Shown one piece after another: positions 35,520 to 43,521 of a DNA stretch of 64,000 nucleotides; position 1 is the first letter of the stretch; each line of letters opens with the position of its first letter. The notes under the pieces were generated by a model, which did no database searches, had not been told where the DNA came from, and saw nothing but the letters and a program-made list of their open reading frames with translations. The DNA is from Patescibacteria group bacterium. Its GTDB lineage: Bacteria > Patescibacteriota > Minisyncoccia > Minisyncoccales > PWPS01. A program made the position numbers and the translations under genes. The stretch lies in the NCBI GenBank assembly GCA_051745165.1, contig JBNJDU010000003.1, forward strand, positions 8,127 through 72,126, read 5' to 3'.

Positions 35520-35665
35520 GCGCTCGATACCTCTTTCATAAGAACCAGAACTCAAATCTTCCAGCGAAGATTTGGTTCTTGCGCTCTCGGTAGCTCATTT
35601 TCAGCAAGCTAAAAAACCTTGCTGAGCTACCTCCGAGAGCTTCTTTGAAAGGGGTATCTTCGCTT
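35520..35665. repeat. Nested-hairpin element, copy B
   Basis: Left arm GCGCTCGATACCTCTTTCATAAGAA at 35520-35544. Hairpin AAATCTTC-CAGC-GAAGATTT at 35554-35573 inside AAGAACC/GGTTCTT. Hairpin GCTCTCGGTAGCTCA...TGAGCTACCTCCGAGAGC at 35583-35640 with inner AGCAAG/CTTGCT. Right arm TTCTTTGAAAGGGGTATCTTCGCTT at 35641-35665. Confidence 0.85.
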
Positions 35666-35676
35666 CAACCTCACTA

Positions 35677-35714
35677 GTCATTCTGAGGCCGGAGCCCGAA
35701 GAATCTCTTCGTAA
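35677..35714. repeat. Short repeat family 2 (GTCATTCTGAG..N..GAAGAATCTCTTCGTAA), copy 1
   Basis: Matches 49994-50029 and partially 50051-50071. Confidence 0.75.
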
Positions 35715-35786
35715 ATAGTAAAACTTAACAGCAGTTTTAACTACTCCCCTTTTTTTATTAATTTTATTTACTATAATTAATTCACT

Positions 35787-36335
35787 ATGATTTATTATTT
35801 AGACGGAAAAATAGCAATAAAAAAAGACGATTTTGTAGTAATAGATACTAATGGAGTGGGACGTAAAGCTTATATGTCTCCTGACGCAGTTAAAAACTTG
35901 CCACCAGTAGGAGAAAACTTTAAATTATTCTGCTACTTGAATATTGGTAGAAATTCAGAAAGACTTTATGGATTTCCGACCAAGGAAAACTTAGAATTCT
36001 TTGAAAGCCTTATTAATTTATCTGGAATCGGGCCAAAGACAGCAGTTCAAGTTGCCTCTATAGCTCCTATGGAAGAGATGAAAAAGGCAATTAAAAATGA
36101 CAATCAAGAAGTTTTGGATAAGATTTTTGATATTGGTAAGAAAAGAGGTCAACGGGTTATTTTTGAACTTTCTAGAAGAATTAAAGAAGCTCCTGAAGAA
36201 GATGGTGTTGTTCAAACTTTGGTTTCTCTAGGGTTTTCAAAAAAGGACGCTAGTGCAGCACTCAAAGGAGTGTCAAAAGATAAATCTGTTGATGAAAGAG
36301 TAAAAGAAGCCTTAAAACTTTTAGACAATGGTTAA
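35787..36335 (+). CDS. ruvA: Holliday junction DNA helicase subunit RuvA
   Basis: MIYYLDGKI..., LYGFPTKENLEFFESLINLSGIGPKTA (HhH). Confidence 0.88.
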   Translation: MIYYLDGKIAIKKDDFVVIDTNGVGRKAYMSPDAVKNLPPVGENFKLFCYLNIGRNSERLYGFPTKENLEFFESLINLSGIGPKTAVQVASIAPMEEMKKAIKNDNQEVLDKIFDIGKKRGQRVIFELSRRIKEAPEEDGVVQTLVSLGFSKKDASAALKGVSKDKSVDERVKEALKLLDNG

Positions 36336-37590
36336 AAATAAAATAAGAAAAATAACACCTAAGTTTGTAATCAAATTTTATCATTGGTTATGGTCTTTAT
36401 TAAGTGGAGTGGCTTATGGATTCCCTAGTAAAGAACTCACTGTTGTTGGTGTAACAGGAACTAATGGAAAATCAACTACCGTAAAGCTAATAACAGAGAT
36501 TTTAAAGGAGGCAGATAAAAAAGTAGCCGTAATATCATCTATTAATTTTGAAGTTAATGGAGAGAGAAGGAAGAACTTAATGAAGATGACTATGCCCGGG
36601 AGAGGTTTTATTCATAAGTTTATGAGGGAGGCAGTAGAGAAGGATTGTGATTATTTTGTATTAGAAGTGACTTCAGAAGGAATTGAACAATATAGGCATA
36701 AATTTATTGAATTTGATATTGCCGTGATAACAAATTTATCTCCTGAGCATATAGAATCACATGGTAGCTTTAAAAAATATAGAAAAGCAAAGGGTAAATT
36801 TTTTAAAGCAACTAATAAAACTCATATTTTAAATTCTGACGATGAGCACATGGAATATTTTAAAGGATTTAAAGCTCAGAAAAAATATGGGTATGGATTT
36901 AAAGAAATAGTTGATTTTGACAAGCAGGTTCAGGGTAGTAATTTTATTTCTAAGGAGGTTGGGATTGAATTTCAAGTCGCTGGTGAAAAGTTTGAATTAT
37001 CGTTATTTGGGAAATTTAATGCTTATAATGGATTGGCAGCTATAGCTGTAGGGCAAGAACTAGAAATAGATAGTAAAAATATAAAGAAAGCGTTAAGAAG
37101 AGTAACTGGCATTCCTGGAAGAATGGAAAAGGTAATAGATCAAGAATTTACAGTTTTTGTTGATTATGCTTTTACACCTAATGCTTTAGAAAAAGTTTAT
37201 GATTCTATTATTAAAAAGCTGAATCCAAATAATTTAATTGTAGTGCTTGGTTCTTGTGGGGGTGGTAGAGATAAGTGGAAACGGCCTGTTTTAGGAGAAA
37301 TAGCTGCTAAATTTGCTGATGAAATAATTGTTACTAACGAAGATCCTTATGATGAGGACCCTAAAGAAATAATTAATCAAGTAGCTGAAGGCACTAAAGG
37401 AAAAGCTCTGAAAATAATTGATAGAAGAAAAGCTATAAATAAAGCTCTTGATCTAGCTAATAATGGAGATGTGGTAGTGATTACAGGAAAGGGGTCGGAG
37501 TCATGGATCCAAGTTAAAAATGGTAAAAAAATACCGTGGGATGATCGAGAAGTAGTGAAAGAAGAGTATGAAAAAATATCCGAAAACTAA
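36328..37590 (+). CDS. murE: Mur ligase, MurE-like (UDP-MurNAc-L-Ala-D-Glu:diamino acid ligase), short form
   Basis: GVTGTNGKSTT, VLEVTSEG, NLSPEHIESHG, VDYAFTPNALEKV, GCGGGRDKWKRPVLGEIA, VTNEDPYDEDP. Confidence 0.82.
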   Translation: MVKNKIRKITPKFVIKFYHWLWSLLSGVAYGFPSKELTVVGVTGTNGKSTTVKLITEILKEADKKVAVISSINFEVNGERRKNLMKMTMPGRGFIHKFMREAVEKDCDYFVLEVTSEGIEQYRHKFIEFDIAVITNLSPEHIESHGSFKKYRKAKGKFFKATNKTHILNSDDEHMEYFKGFKAQKKYGYGFKEIVDFDKQVQGSNFISKEVGIEFQVAGEKFELSLFGKFNAYNGLAAIAVGQELEIDSKNIKKALRRVTGIPGRMEKVIDQEFTVFVDYAFTPNALEKVYDSIIKKLNPNNLIVVLGSCGGGRDKWKRPVLGEIAAKFADEIIVTNEDPYDEDPKEIINQVAEGTKGKALKIIDRRKAINKALDLANNGDVVVITGKGSESWIQVKNGKKIPWDDREVVKEEYEKISEN

Positions 37591-37602
37591 ATTTATAATC
37601 AA

Positions 37603-38544
37603 ATGAATATAAAAGATATATACGAATTAGCGATAAAAGAAGGTAAAAAAGCTGATTTTAGAGGAGAAAAGGGAATAAATTGGAAACTTTCTCGAACTAA
37701 AAAGGAGTATGAAAATCTATCTGAAGAAAAGAAAGAGTTTTTTGATGAAGAAAGGCTAAATAATCCTTACAGTGATACTAGAATTTTACACGGAGATCCA
37801 GAAACAGAAGTAAAAAAGATTTTAGTGGGTATTGATATTGATGGAGAAGAACTTTTACTTGCAAAAGAAATGGAAGATATAGATTTAGTTATTTCTCACC
37901 ATCCTCGCGGGCAAGCATTAGCTGGATTGGATGATGTTATGGACTTGCAAATTGATATGCTCAATCATTACGGAGTGCCAATAAATATAGCTGAAAAATT
38001 ACTTAAAAAGAGAATCAAAGAAGTTTCTAGGGGTCTTTCTCCTGGAAATCATCAACGAGCAGTAGATATGGCTCGGCTTTTAGACATTCCTCTAATGTCA
38101 ATTCACACTCCGTGTGATAATTTGGTGGCTAAATTTGTAGAAGAAAAATTAGAAAAAGATAACCCTCGATTATTAAAAGACGTATTAGAATCTTTGTTAG
38201 AAATACCGGAATATCGAGAAGCGGAGAAATTGGGAGTAGGACCTAAATTGTTTGTTGGTAGTAAAAAAAATAGATCTGGAAAGATAGTATTAACTGAAAT
38301 TACTGGAGGAACAGAAGGATCTCCTGAAATTTATGAAAAATTAGCGGATGCGGGAGCAGGAACTATTATTGGAATGCATATATCAGAAAAACATCGTAAA
38401 GAGGCGCAAAAAGCGCATATTAACGTTGTTATTGCTGGTCATATGTCTTCTGATTCAATTGGAGTGAATTTGTTTTTAGATAAACTTGAAGATGTTGAAA
38501 TAATTCCTTGTTCTGGATTTATTAGAAATAAAAGAAATAAATGA
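37603..38544 (+). CDS. NIF3-family (DUF34) dinuclear metal centre protein
   Basis: DLVISHHP and C-terminal GHMSSD motifs, with an insertion domain between them. Confidence 0.75.
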   Translation: MNIKDIYELAIKEGKKADFRGEKGINWKLSRTKKEYENLSEEKKEFFDEERLNNPYSDTRILHGDPETEVKKILVGIDIDGEELLLAKEMEDIDLVISHHPRGQALAGLDDVMDLQIDMLNHYGVPINIAEKLLKKRIKEVSRGLSPGNHQRAVDMARLLDIPLMSIHTPCDNLVAKFVEEKLEKDNPRLLKDVLESLLEIPEYREAEKLGVGPKLFVGSKKNRSGKIVLTEITGGTEGSPEIYEKLADAGAGTIIGMHISEKHRKEAQKAHINVVIAGHMSSDSIGVNLFLDKLEDVEIIPCSGFIRNKRNK

Positions 38545-39386
38545 AAAAACTTGTAAAAGTCTTTTTAATTGAATTTATCTTCTTTTTAGCTACTTTGCTT
38601 TTAGGAATTTTAGTAACGATTAAATTGGAAGATATTTTTCAGATTACAGAAGCAGCAACTAAATCTTCCGGTGATCTTATCACCCCTCTTGGCTTTATTG
38701 TTTATTTTGTAATTGCGACTTTGGTAGTTTATTTAATTTCAAAGAGTAAACGGCTTGAAAAAGGAAGACTTTTACTATTTAAAATAACATTTCTGTTTTC
38801 CGTTTTTTTAGGAGGGCTCGTTACTCTTTCAACGATTACCTTTGAACTTTTTTCTTTAGTTTTAATTATTAGTTTACTTATTTTATGGAGTAAAAAACCT
38901 ATTATTTTACTTCATAATCTATTAGTTGTAATTTCAATAGCTGGTATAGGGGCAATAATAGGAAGAGAATTTGAACCATTAGTAATTGCTGTATTTCTGG
39001 CTTTATTTTCTATTTACGATTTTGTTGCAGTTTACAAAACAAAGCATATGGTTAAAATGGCAACTGAAATGATTAAAACGAAAGCTATTATGGGACTTAT
39101 TATCCCTTTTTCTTTTTCTGGACTTTTGGATAATTTAGAGGATAAAAATAAAAAAGAATTTATGGTTTTAGGTGGAGGTGATTTGGCTTTCCCTCTCTTT
39201 TTAGTTTCATCCATAACTTTAACTTACGGAGTAAAGGAAGCGTTATTTTTGGTTTTCTTTTCTTCTTTAGGGCTTTTTATTTCTTTTTACTTATTTTTAA
39301 GTCAAAAAAAGCAAAAACCAATCCCGGCCCTTCCGCCGATTGCTTTATCTTCTTTAATTGGATATTTACTCTTAACTTTAATCTAG
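38541..39386 (+). CDS. Presenilin / signal-peptide-peptidase family (GxGD, peptidase A22-like) intramembrane aspartyl protease homologue
   Basis: Polytopic membrane protein with SIYDFVAVYKTKHM (YD), VLGGGDLAFP (GxGD) and IPALPP (PAL) motifs in the canonical order. Confidence 0.75.
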   Translation: MKKLVKVFLIEFIFFLATLLLGILVTIKLEDIFQITEAATKSSGDLITPLGFIVYFVIATLVVYLISKSKRLEKGRLLLFKITFLFSVFLGGLVTLSTITFELFSLVLIISLLILWSKKPIILLHNLLVVISIAGIGAIIGREFEPLVIAVFLALFSIYDFVAVYKTKHMVKMATEMIKTKAIMGLIIPFSFSGLLDNLEDKNKKEFMVLGGGDLAFPLFLVSSITLTYGVKEALFLVFFSSLGLFISFYLFLSQKKQKPIPALPPIALSSLIGYLLLTLI

Positions 39387-39407
39387 AATTTTAAAATAAA
39401 TTATTTT

Positions 39408-39459
39408 GAGAGAGGTCGAACCTCTCCCAACCTAAAGAGAGGCTAAGCCTCTCTTTTTT
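39408..39459. terminator. Two adjacent hairpins between convergent genes (GAGAGGT-cga-ACCTCTC; AGAGAGGC-taa-GCCTCTCT + T run)
   Basis: The second hairpin followed by TTTTT fits a plus-strand terminator. The first may serve the minus-strand gene. Confidence 0.55.
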
Positions 39460-39460
39460 A

Positions 39461-41008
39461 TTAATTATTGAGTGATTTAATCATGTAAGTGTCTTTTAGT
39501 TTGTAGCCGTTTTTCCTCCAATAGCCTCTGGCTCCGACTCCAGAAATAACACTTATTTTATTTGTGGGTGCTAATTTTTCGGCCTCTTTCACTAATTTTT
39601 TTCCTAAACCTTTATGTTGAGGAGATGTTGCTAGTATTTCTCCGTTTTTGATCATTGTTTGCTGTCCATAAGTATGAATTTCACGAATAATCGTGCTATT
39701 TTCCAGTACTTCGGGATAAGGATCTTTAGGGATTCTCATTCTTAACAGGCTGAACAATTTAGTTCTTTCTTTATTTTCAAAAGTTAAAACAATCTCTTTT
39801 CCTTCAGAGGCTTTATATTCTTTTTTAAAGAGGCGCAAATCTTCGTTTGGATCGTAATTGTCTTTTACTTCTCTACATCTAATACAATTACACCTCCACC
39901 CTTCTCGTTTAGCTTTTTTTGATAGTTTTTCTCTTAAATTTGAAGATCCTCCCCCAGCAACAACACTTTGGGCTGGTATATCTCTAATTACCCTTTGAAT
40001 CCTAACCCAGTAAGGAATAATTTCTTTTTTAATTTTACTTAAAAGCTTAATTAGCTCTTCCTCATTGTAAGGAGCGTAATCTCCACTTTTATAAAGATCA
40101 TAAAGAGGAGCTTCTTTTAAGACCATGCAGGGATATACTTTTAAAAAGTCAGGTTTGAATCTTTGATCTTGAAAAAGAATTTTGAACATTTCAAGATCCC
40201 TTTCAAAAGTTGACCCGGGAAGATCCGGCATTACTTGATAGCAAACCTTAAAGCCGGCGTCTTTTAATTTCTTAGTCGCCTCTACGGTTTCTTTTACGCC
40301 GTGTCCTCTTTTGTTTTTCTTTAAAACATCTTCATACACACTTTGAACTCCAATTTCAACCATGGTAATTCCTAATTTACGGAGATGTTTTATTTCTTCC
40401 TTATCGATGTAGTCTGGCCTGGTTTCAATTGATAAGGTGACCATTTTGTGATCCGCAGTTTCATTTTCCTTTTGAGCTTGTTTTAGAGTATCTGCTTCTT
40501 TTTCATTTAAAGCTTCGAAGCATGGTTTAACAAACTCTTCTCTGTATTCTTTACTATAATAAGACCAAGTTTCTCCAACTATTCTAACTTCAACCTTATC
40601 AGTTGGATGACCGGTTTTAGTCAAAGATGTTATTCTATTTTGAACTTGTTTTTTAGGATCAAAGTGATTTAGTTTTGCTCGCATTACAGCTGGTTCATTA
40701 TCTAAGTAACTCTTTGGAGCACCTTCTTGAGCTGGGCAATAGATGCATTCCCCCGGGCAAGCGTGAGATTTAGTTAGTACAGAAACGTTCACCACGCCGG
40801 ATAAAGAGCGAACCGGCCTAAGTCTTAAAGCGGCTTCCAGCCTTTTATCTTTAACATTCATATTTCGGTAAACCTCAATTAAATCCACATTTGGTGGACA
40901 ATTTGTTTTATATTTTTTACAAACATCCCGCTTAGTTTGATCAACTATTTCTCGAGATATTTTATCTTTTTTTAGTAGTTCTTCTACTATTTCTTTTTCT
41001 AAAGACAT
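39461..41008 (-). CDS. elp3: Elp3-type radical SAM + GNAT enzyme (tRNA U34 cm5 modification family)
   Basis: Radical SAM cluster motif CPGECIYCP, the central Elp3-like TIM region, and a C-terminal GNAT (HKGLGKKLVKEAEKLA). 515 aa. Confidence 0.88.
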   Translation of the reverse strand: MSLEKEIVEELLKKDKISREIVDQTKRDVCKKYKTNCPPNVDLIEVYRNMNVKDKRLEAALRLRPVRSLSGVVNVSVLTKSHACPGECIYCPAQEGAPKSYLDNEPAVMRAKLNHFDPKKQVQNRITSLTKTGHPTDKVEVRIVGETWSYYSKEYREEFVKPCFEALNEKEADTLKQAQKENETADHKMVTLSIETRPDYIDKEEIKHLRKLGITMVEIGVQSVYEDVLKKNKRGHGVKETVEATKKLKDAGFKVCYQVMPDLPGSTFERDLEMFKILFQDQRFKPDFLKVYPCMVLKEAPLYDLYKSGDYAPYNEEELIKLLSKIKKEIIPYWVRIQRVIRDIPAQSVVAGGGSSNLREKLSKKAKREGWRCNCIRCREVKDNYDPNEDLRLFKKEYKASEGKEIVLTFENKERTKLFSLLRMRIPKDPYPEVLENSTIIREIHTYGQQTMIKNGEILATSPQHKGLGKKLVKEAEKLAPTNKISVISGVGARGYWRKNGYKLKDTYMIKSLNN

Positions 41009-41028
41009 ATATGTTAATTAGGTGGTTA

Positions 41029-41056
41029 ATTATAGCTGTACTCAGTCATAATTCAA
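41029..41056 (-). promoter_or_regulatory. sigma70-like promoter for elp3 (TTGAAT-16-TATAAT)
   Basis: -35 at 41056-41051 and -10 at 41034-41029 on the minus strand. Confidence 0.5.
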
Positions 41057-41061
41057 ATTAT

Positions 41062-41091
41062 TTGATTTTTAATCCGCTAGCGGGTTATACT
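41062..41091 (+). promoter_or_regulatory. sigma70-like promoter for the methyltransferase gene (TTGATT-18-TATACT) with palindrome CCGCTAGCGG in the spacer
   Basis: TTGATT at 41062-41067, TATACT at 41086-41091, palindrome at 41074-41083. Confidence 0.5.
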
Positions 41092-41100
41092 ACTAGTGAT

Positions 41101-41790
41101 ATGAATTTTGATAAATACATACTAGATAAAACAAGAGAAGATTACAATTTAATAGGTGATAAATTTTCCAATACTAGGCATAAACCTTGGCAAGAGTTTG
41201 AGTTTTTATTTGAAGACATTCCTCAAAAAGCTAAAGTTTTAGACCTTGGCTGCGGGAATGGGAGATTTTTTGACGCTTTAAAAGAGAAGCAAGTTGACTA
41301 TATTGGATTAGATAAATCAGAAAAATTAATTTTAAAAGCTAAGGATAAATTTCCCGAAGCTAATTTTGAAATTGGAGACGGGTTGAATATGCCCTTTGCC
41401 GACGATTATTTTGATTACGTTTTTTCTATAGCAGTTCTTCATCATATGCCCTCAGAGGAGACCAGGGTGCAATTTTTAAAAGAAGTTAAGCGAGTGTTAA
41501 AAAAGAATGGTGAAGTCAGGTTGTCAGTTTGGAATTTAATTAATGCTAAAAAAAGCATTTATTTTAAAAACTTTAAAGAAAAAGCAGAAGGCAAAATTGG
41601 TTTTAGAGATGCTTTTATACCTTGGAAAAATAATAAAGGAAAGGTTGTTACAGAAAGATACTACCACTTTTTTAAGGAAAATGAACTTAAAAAAATAGCT
41701 AAAAAAGCTGGACTCAAAGTAGAGAAAGTTTTTACTAAAGGAGAAGGTGTAAAATCAAATATATTTCTTTTCGCAACTAATGAGAGTTAA
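41101..41790 (+). CDS. Class I SAM-dependent methyltransferase resembling Trm9/ALKBH8-type tRNA (mcm5U34) methyltransferases
   Basis: FSNTRHKPW, VLDLGCGNGRF, FSIAVLHHMPSEETRVQFLKEVKRVLKKNGEVRLSVWN parallel the Trm9/ALKBH8 MTase motifs as I recall them. Start placed at ATG 41101, downstream of the promoter. Confidence 0.7.
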   Translation: MNFDKYILDKTREDYNLIGDKFSNTRHKPWQEFEFLFEDIPQKAKVLDLGCGNGRFFDALKEKQVDYIGLDKSEKLILKAKDKFPEANFEIGDGLNMPFADDYFDYVFSIAVLHHMPSEETRVQFLKEVKRVLKKNGEVRLSVWNLINAKKSIYFKNFKEKAEGKIGFRDAFIPWKNNKGKVVTERYYHFFKENELKKIAKKAGLKVEKVFTKGEGVKSNIFLFATNES

Positions 41791-42112
41791 GTATATTAGT
41801 CCAACAAAAATTGAAATTGCTGATCAGGAGTACAAAGAAACAATTTTAGTTTCTTCAGAAGGTGTTATCTTTTCTTGGCAAGAAAAAAAGATGATAGAAA
41901 AAGAAGATTTGATTAGATTCATAAAAGAAGCACCGGATTTACTTGTTATTGGGACTAATAAAAATGTTAAAAGTGTCTCTGTAGATGGGCAAAAATTTTT
42001 AAAAGAAAAAGGAATTATTTTAGTAGTTGATAAACTCTTCGAAGCAGTTAACGTTTTTAACAAAGCTACAAAAAGCGACAAAAAAATATTAGCCCTCTTT
42101 CCTCTTGGTTAG
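41780..42112 (+). CDS. Mth938-domain (DUF498-like) protein, 110 aa
   Basis: LLVIGTNKNVK...FLKEKGIILVV...EAVNVFN...KKILALFPL pattern. Overlaps the methyltransferase gene by 11 nt. Confidence 0.6.
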   Translation: MRVKYISPTKIEIADQEYKETILVSSEGVIFSWQEKKMIEKEDLIRFIKEAPDLLVIGTNKNVKSVSVDGQKFLKEKGIILVVDKLFEAVNVFNKATKSDKKILALFPLG

Positions 42113-42121
42113 TTAAAAGAC

Positions 42122-42152
42122 TTGACAAATTTTAAGAAAAGGTTAGTATTAT
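42122..42152 (+). promoter_or_regulatory. sigma70-like promoter of the greA leader (TTGACA-16-TAGTAT, or 19-nt spacer to TATTAT)
   Basis: TTGACA at 42122-42127 and TAGTAT/TATTAT at 42144-42152, about 185 nt upstream of the greA ATG. Confidence 0.6.
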
Positions 42153-42194
42153 AGCACCGATGGATAATTGGCTCACCCGGTAAAAAAGAATCTC

Positions 42195-42225
42195 ATTTCT
42201 TGTTTTGAAGAAATAGTTTCTTTTT
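42195..42225 (+). promoter_or_regulatory. Terminator-like hairpin in the greA leader (ATTTCTT-gttttg-AAGAAAT + TTTCTTTTT)
   Basis: 7-bp A/T-rich stem followed by a T-rich run. Confidence 0.4.
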
Positions 42226-42283
42226 AACCTTTTAAATAATATATAAGCAATATACTTTTCCGGGGTTATCAAGATATAAGCCA

Positions 42284-42340
42284 ATGAAAAAAGAAATTTA
42301 TCGACCTCCCTGGATACAAGGGAGGTTTAATCTTATATGA
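42284..42340 (+). promoter_or_regulatory. 18-codon uORF (MKKEIYRPPWIQGRFNLI) overlapping the greA start in ATGA; contains hairpin CCTCCC-N9-GGGAGG (42305-42325) that pairs the greA SD
   Basis: Read directly. The uORF stop TGA at 42338-42340 overlaps the greA ATG at 42337-42339. Confidence 0.35.
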
Positions 42341-42792
42341 CTAAAACTTACCATCTAACCGAAGAAGGATTAGAAAAAATTGAAAAGGAACTAGAAGAAT
42401 TACGTCAAAAGAGAAAAAATAAGACTAAAAATGACGTTCCTAATGTTTTGGAATCGGAAGACTTAAATCCAGAGTATTTGGATTTTAGAGAAGAAATAGA
42501 ATTTCTTGAAAAAAGAATTGCAAAACTTGAAACGGTAGTAAAAAACACAAAAATAATTGAACCCCCTGAAGATCAAAGCATTGTTCAATTGGGGGCGAAG
42601 GTTATTATTGAAGCAGACAACCAAGAAGATGAGTTTAAATTGGTTGGTTCTTTAGAAGCTGATCCGGCAAAAGGAAAGATTTCTGGCGAATCTTTAGTTG
42701 GTAAGAAGTTATTAGGCAAAAAAGAAGGAGATAAGGTAAAGGTCTCTTCAAAGGTTGAAACTATATATAAAATAAAGAAAATTGAATACTAA
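42337..42792 (+). CDS. greA: Transcription elongation factor GreA
   Basis: N-terminal coiled coil (LTEEGLEKIEKELEELRQ) and a C-terminal FKBP-like domain (GAKVIIEADNQEDEFKLVGSLEADPAKGKISGESLVGKKLLGKKEGDKV). Confidence 0.92.
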   Translation: MTKTYHLTEEGLEKIEKELEELRQKRKNKTKNDVPNVLESEDLNPEYLDFREEIEFLEKRIAKLETVVKNTKIIEPPEDQSIVQLGAKVIIEADNQEDEFKLVGSLEADPAKGKISGESLVGKKLLGKKEGDKVKVSSKVETIYKIKKIEY

Positions 42793-42793
42793 A

Positions 42794-43426
42794 ATGAAAG
42801 AAATATTTAAATTTATTTCTAAAATAGGCAAATTAAAAGCTGCTGGTAGAAGAGGGTGGGAAATACATGGTGTAGAGAACCCAGAAACTACTGCTGCTCA
42901 TAGTTTTCAGTTAGCGATGCTTGTTTGGTCTATCGGGAGAGAAAAAAAAGATTTTGATTTGAATAGAGCTATTAAAATGGCTTTAATCCATGATATTTGT
43001 GAAGTTTATTCTCCAGATTTAACTTCTTATGATGCGGTTGCAATTGATGAAGATGAAGAATTTACCAAAGAAGATGTTAAGGATCTAGAACCAATTAAAG
43101 GAAGACCAACTCACAAGCAGAGAGAAAAGATGGAAAAAGTTAAAGAGGAGTTAGAGCATGAAGCTATTGAAAAATTACTTAAAGATCTTCCTGAAGACAT
43201 GAAAGAAGAAATAGCTGGTTTATGGAAGGAGTACGAAAAAAGAGTTACTGATGAAAGTAGGTTTGTTAAGCAAGCTGATAAAATAACTAACCTACTGCAA
43301 GGAATAGAGTATTGGAAGCAAGGAATTGATGATATTGAGTATAAATTATGGGTAAGAAGGGCAAAAGAAACTATCGATGATCCTTATTTAACAGAGCTTT
43401 TAATTGAAATTGAAGAATCTCTTTAA
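42794..43426 (+). CDS. HD-domain phosphohydrolase (YfbR-like 5'-nucleotidase family)
   Basis: ENPETTAAHSFQLAML and LIHDICEVYSPD motifs. ATG 42794 preferred over TTG 42782, which lies inside greA. Confidence 0.78.
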   Translation: MKEIFKFISKIGKLKAAGRRGWEIHGVENPETTAAHSFQLAMLVWSIGREKKDFDLNRAIKMALIHDICEVYSPDLTSYDAVAIDEDEEFTKEDVKDLEPIKGRPTHKQREKMEKVKEELEHEAIEKLLKDLPEDMKEEIAGLWKEYEKRVTDESRFVKQADKITNLLQGIEYWKQGIDDIEYKLWVRRAKETIDDPYLTELLIEIEESL

Positions 43427-43453
43427 AACTGGAATAAAAACTCATAGCTGTTT

Positions 43454-43473
43454 AAGCCCCTTATCAGGGGTTT
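43454..43473 (+). terminator. Intrinsic terminator-like hairpin (AAGCCCC-ttatca-GGGGTTT)
   Basis: Stem-loop followed by a T-rich sequence after the HD gene. Confidence 0.5.
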
Positions 43474-43521
43474 ATTTATTTATTACTTTGCTTATAATTT
43501 AGGTGAAAAACATATAATGAT

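Noticed and set aside
41011-41100. Longer start (ATG 41011) for the Trm9-like methyltransferase
   Set aside because: The extra 30 aa (MLIRWLIIAVLSHNSNYLIFNPLAGYTTSD) would span the gene's own predicted promoter and start 2 nt from the divergent elp3 start. Family-like sequence begins after Met at 41101.
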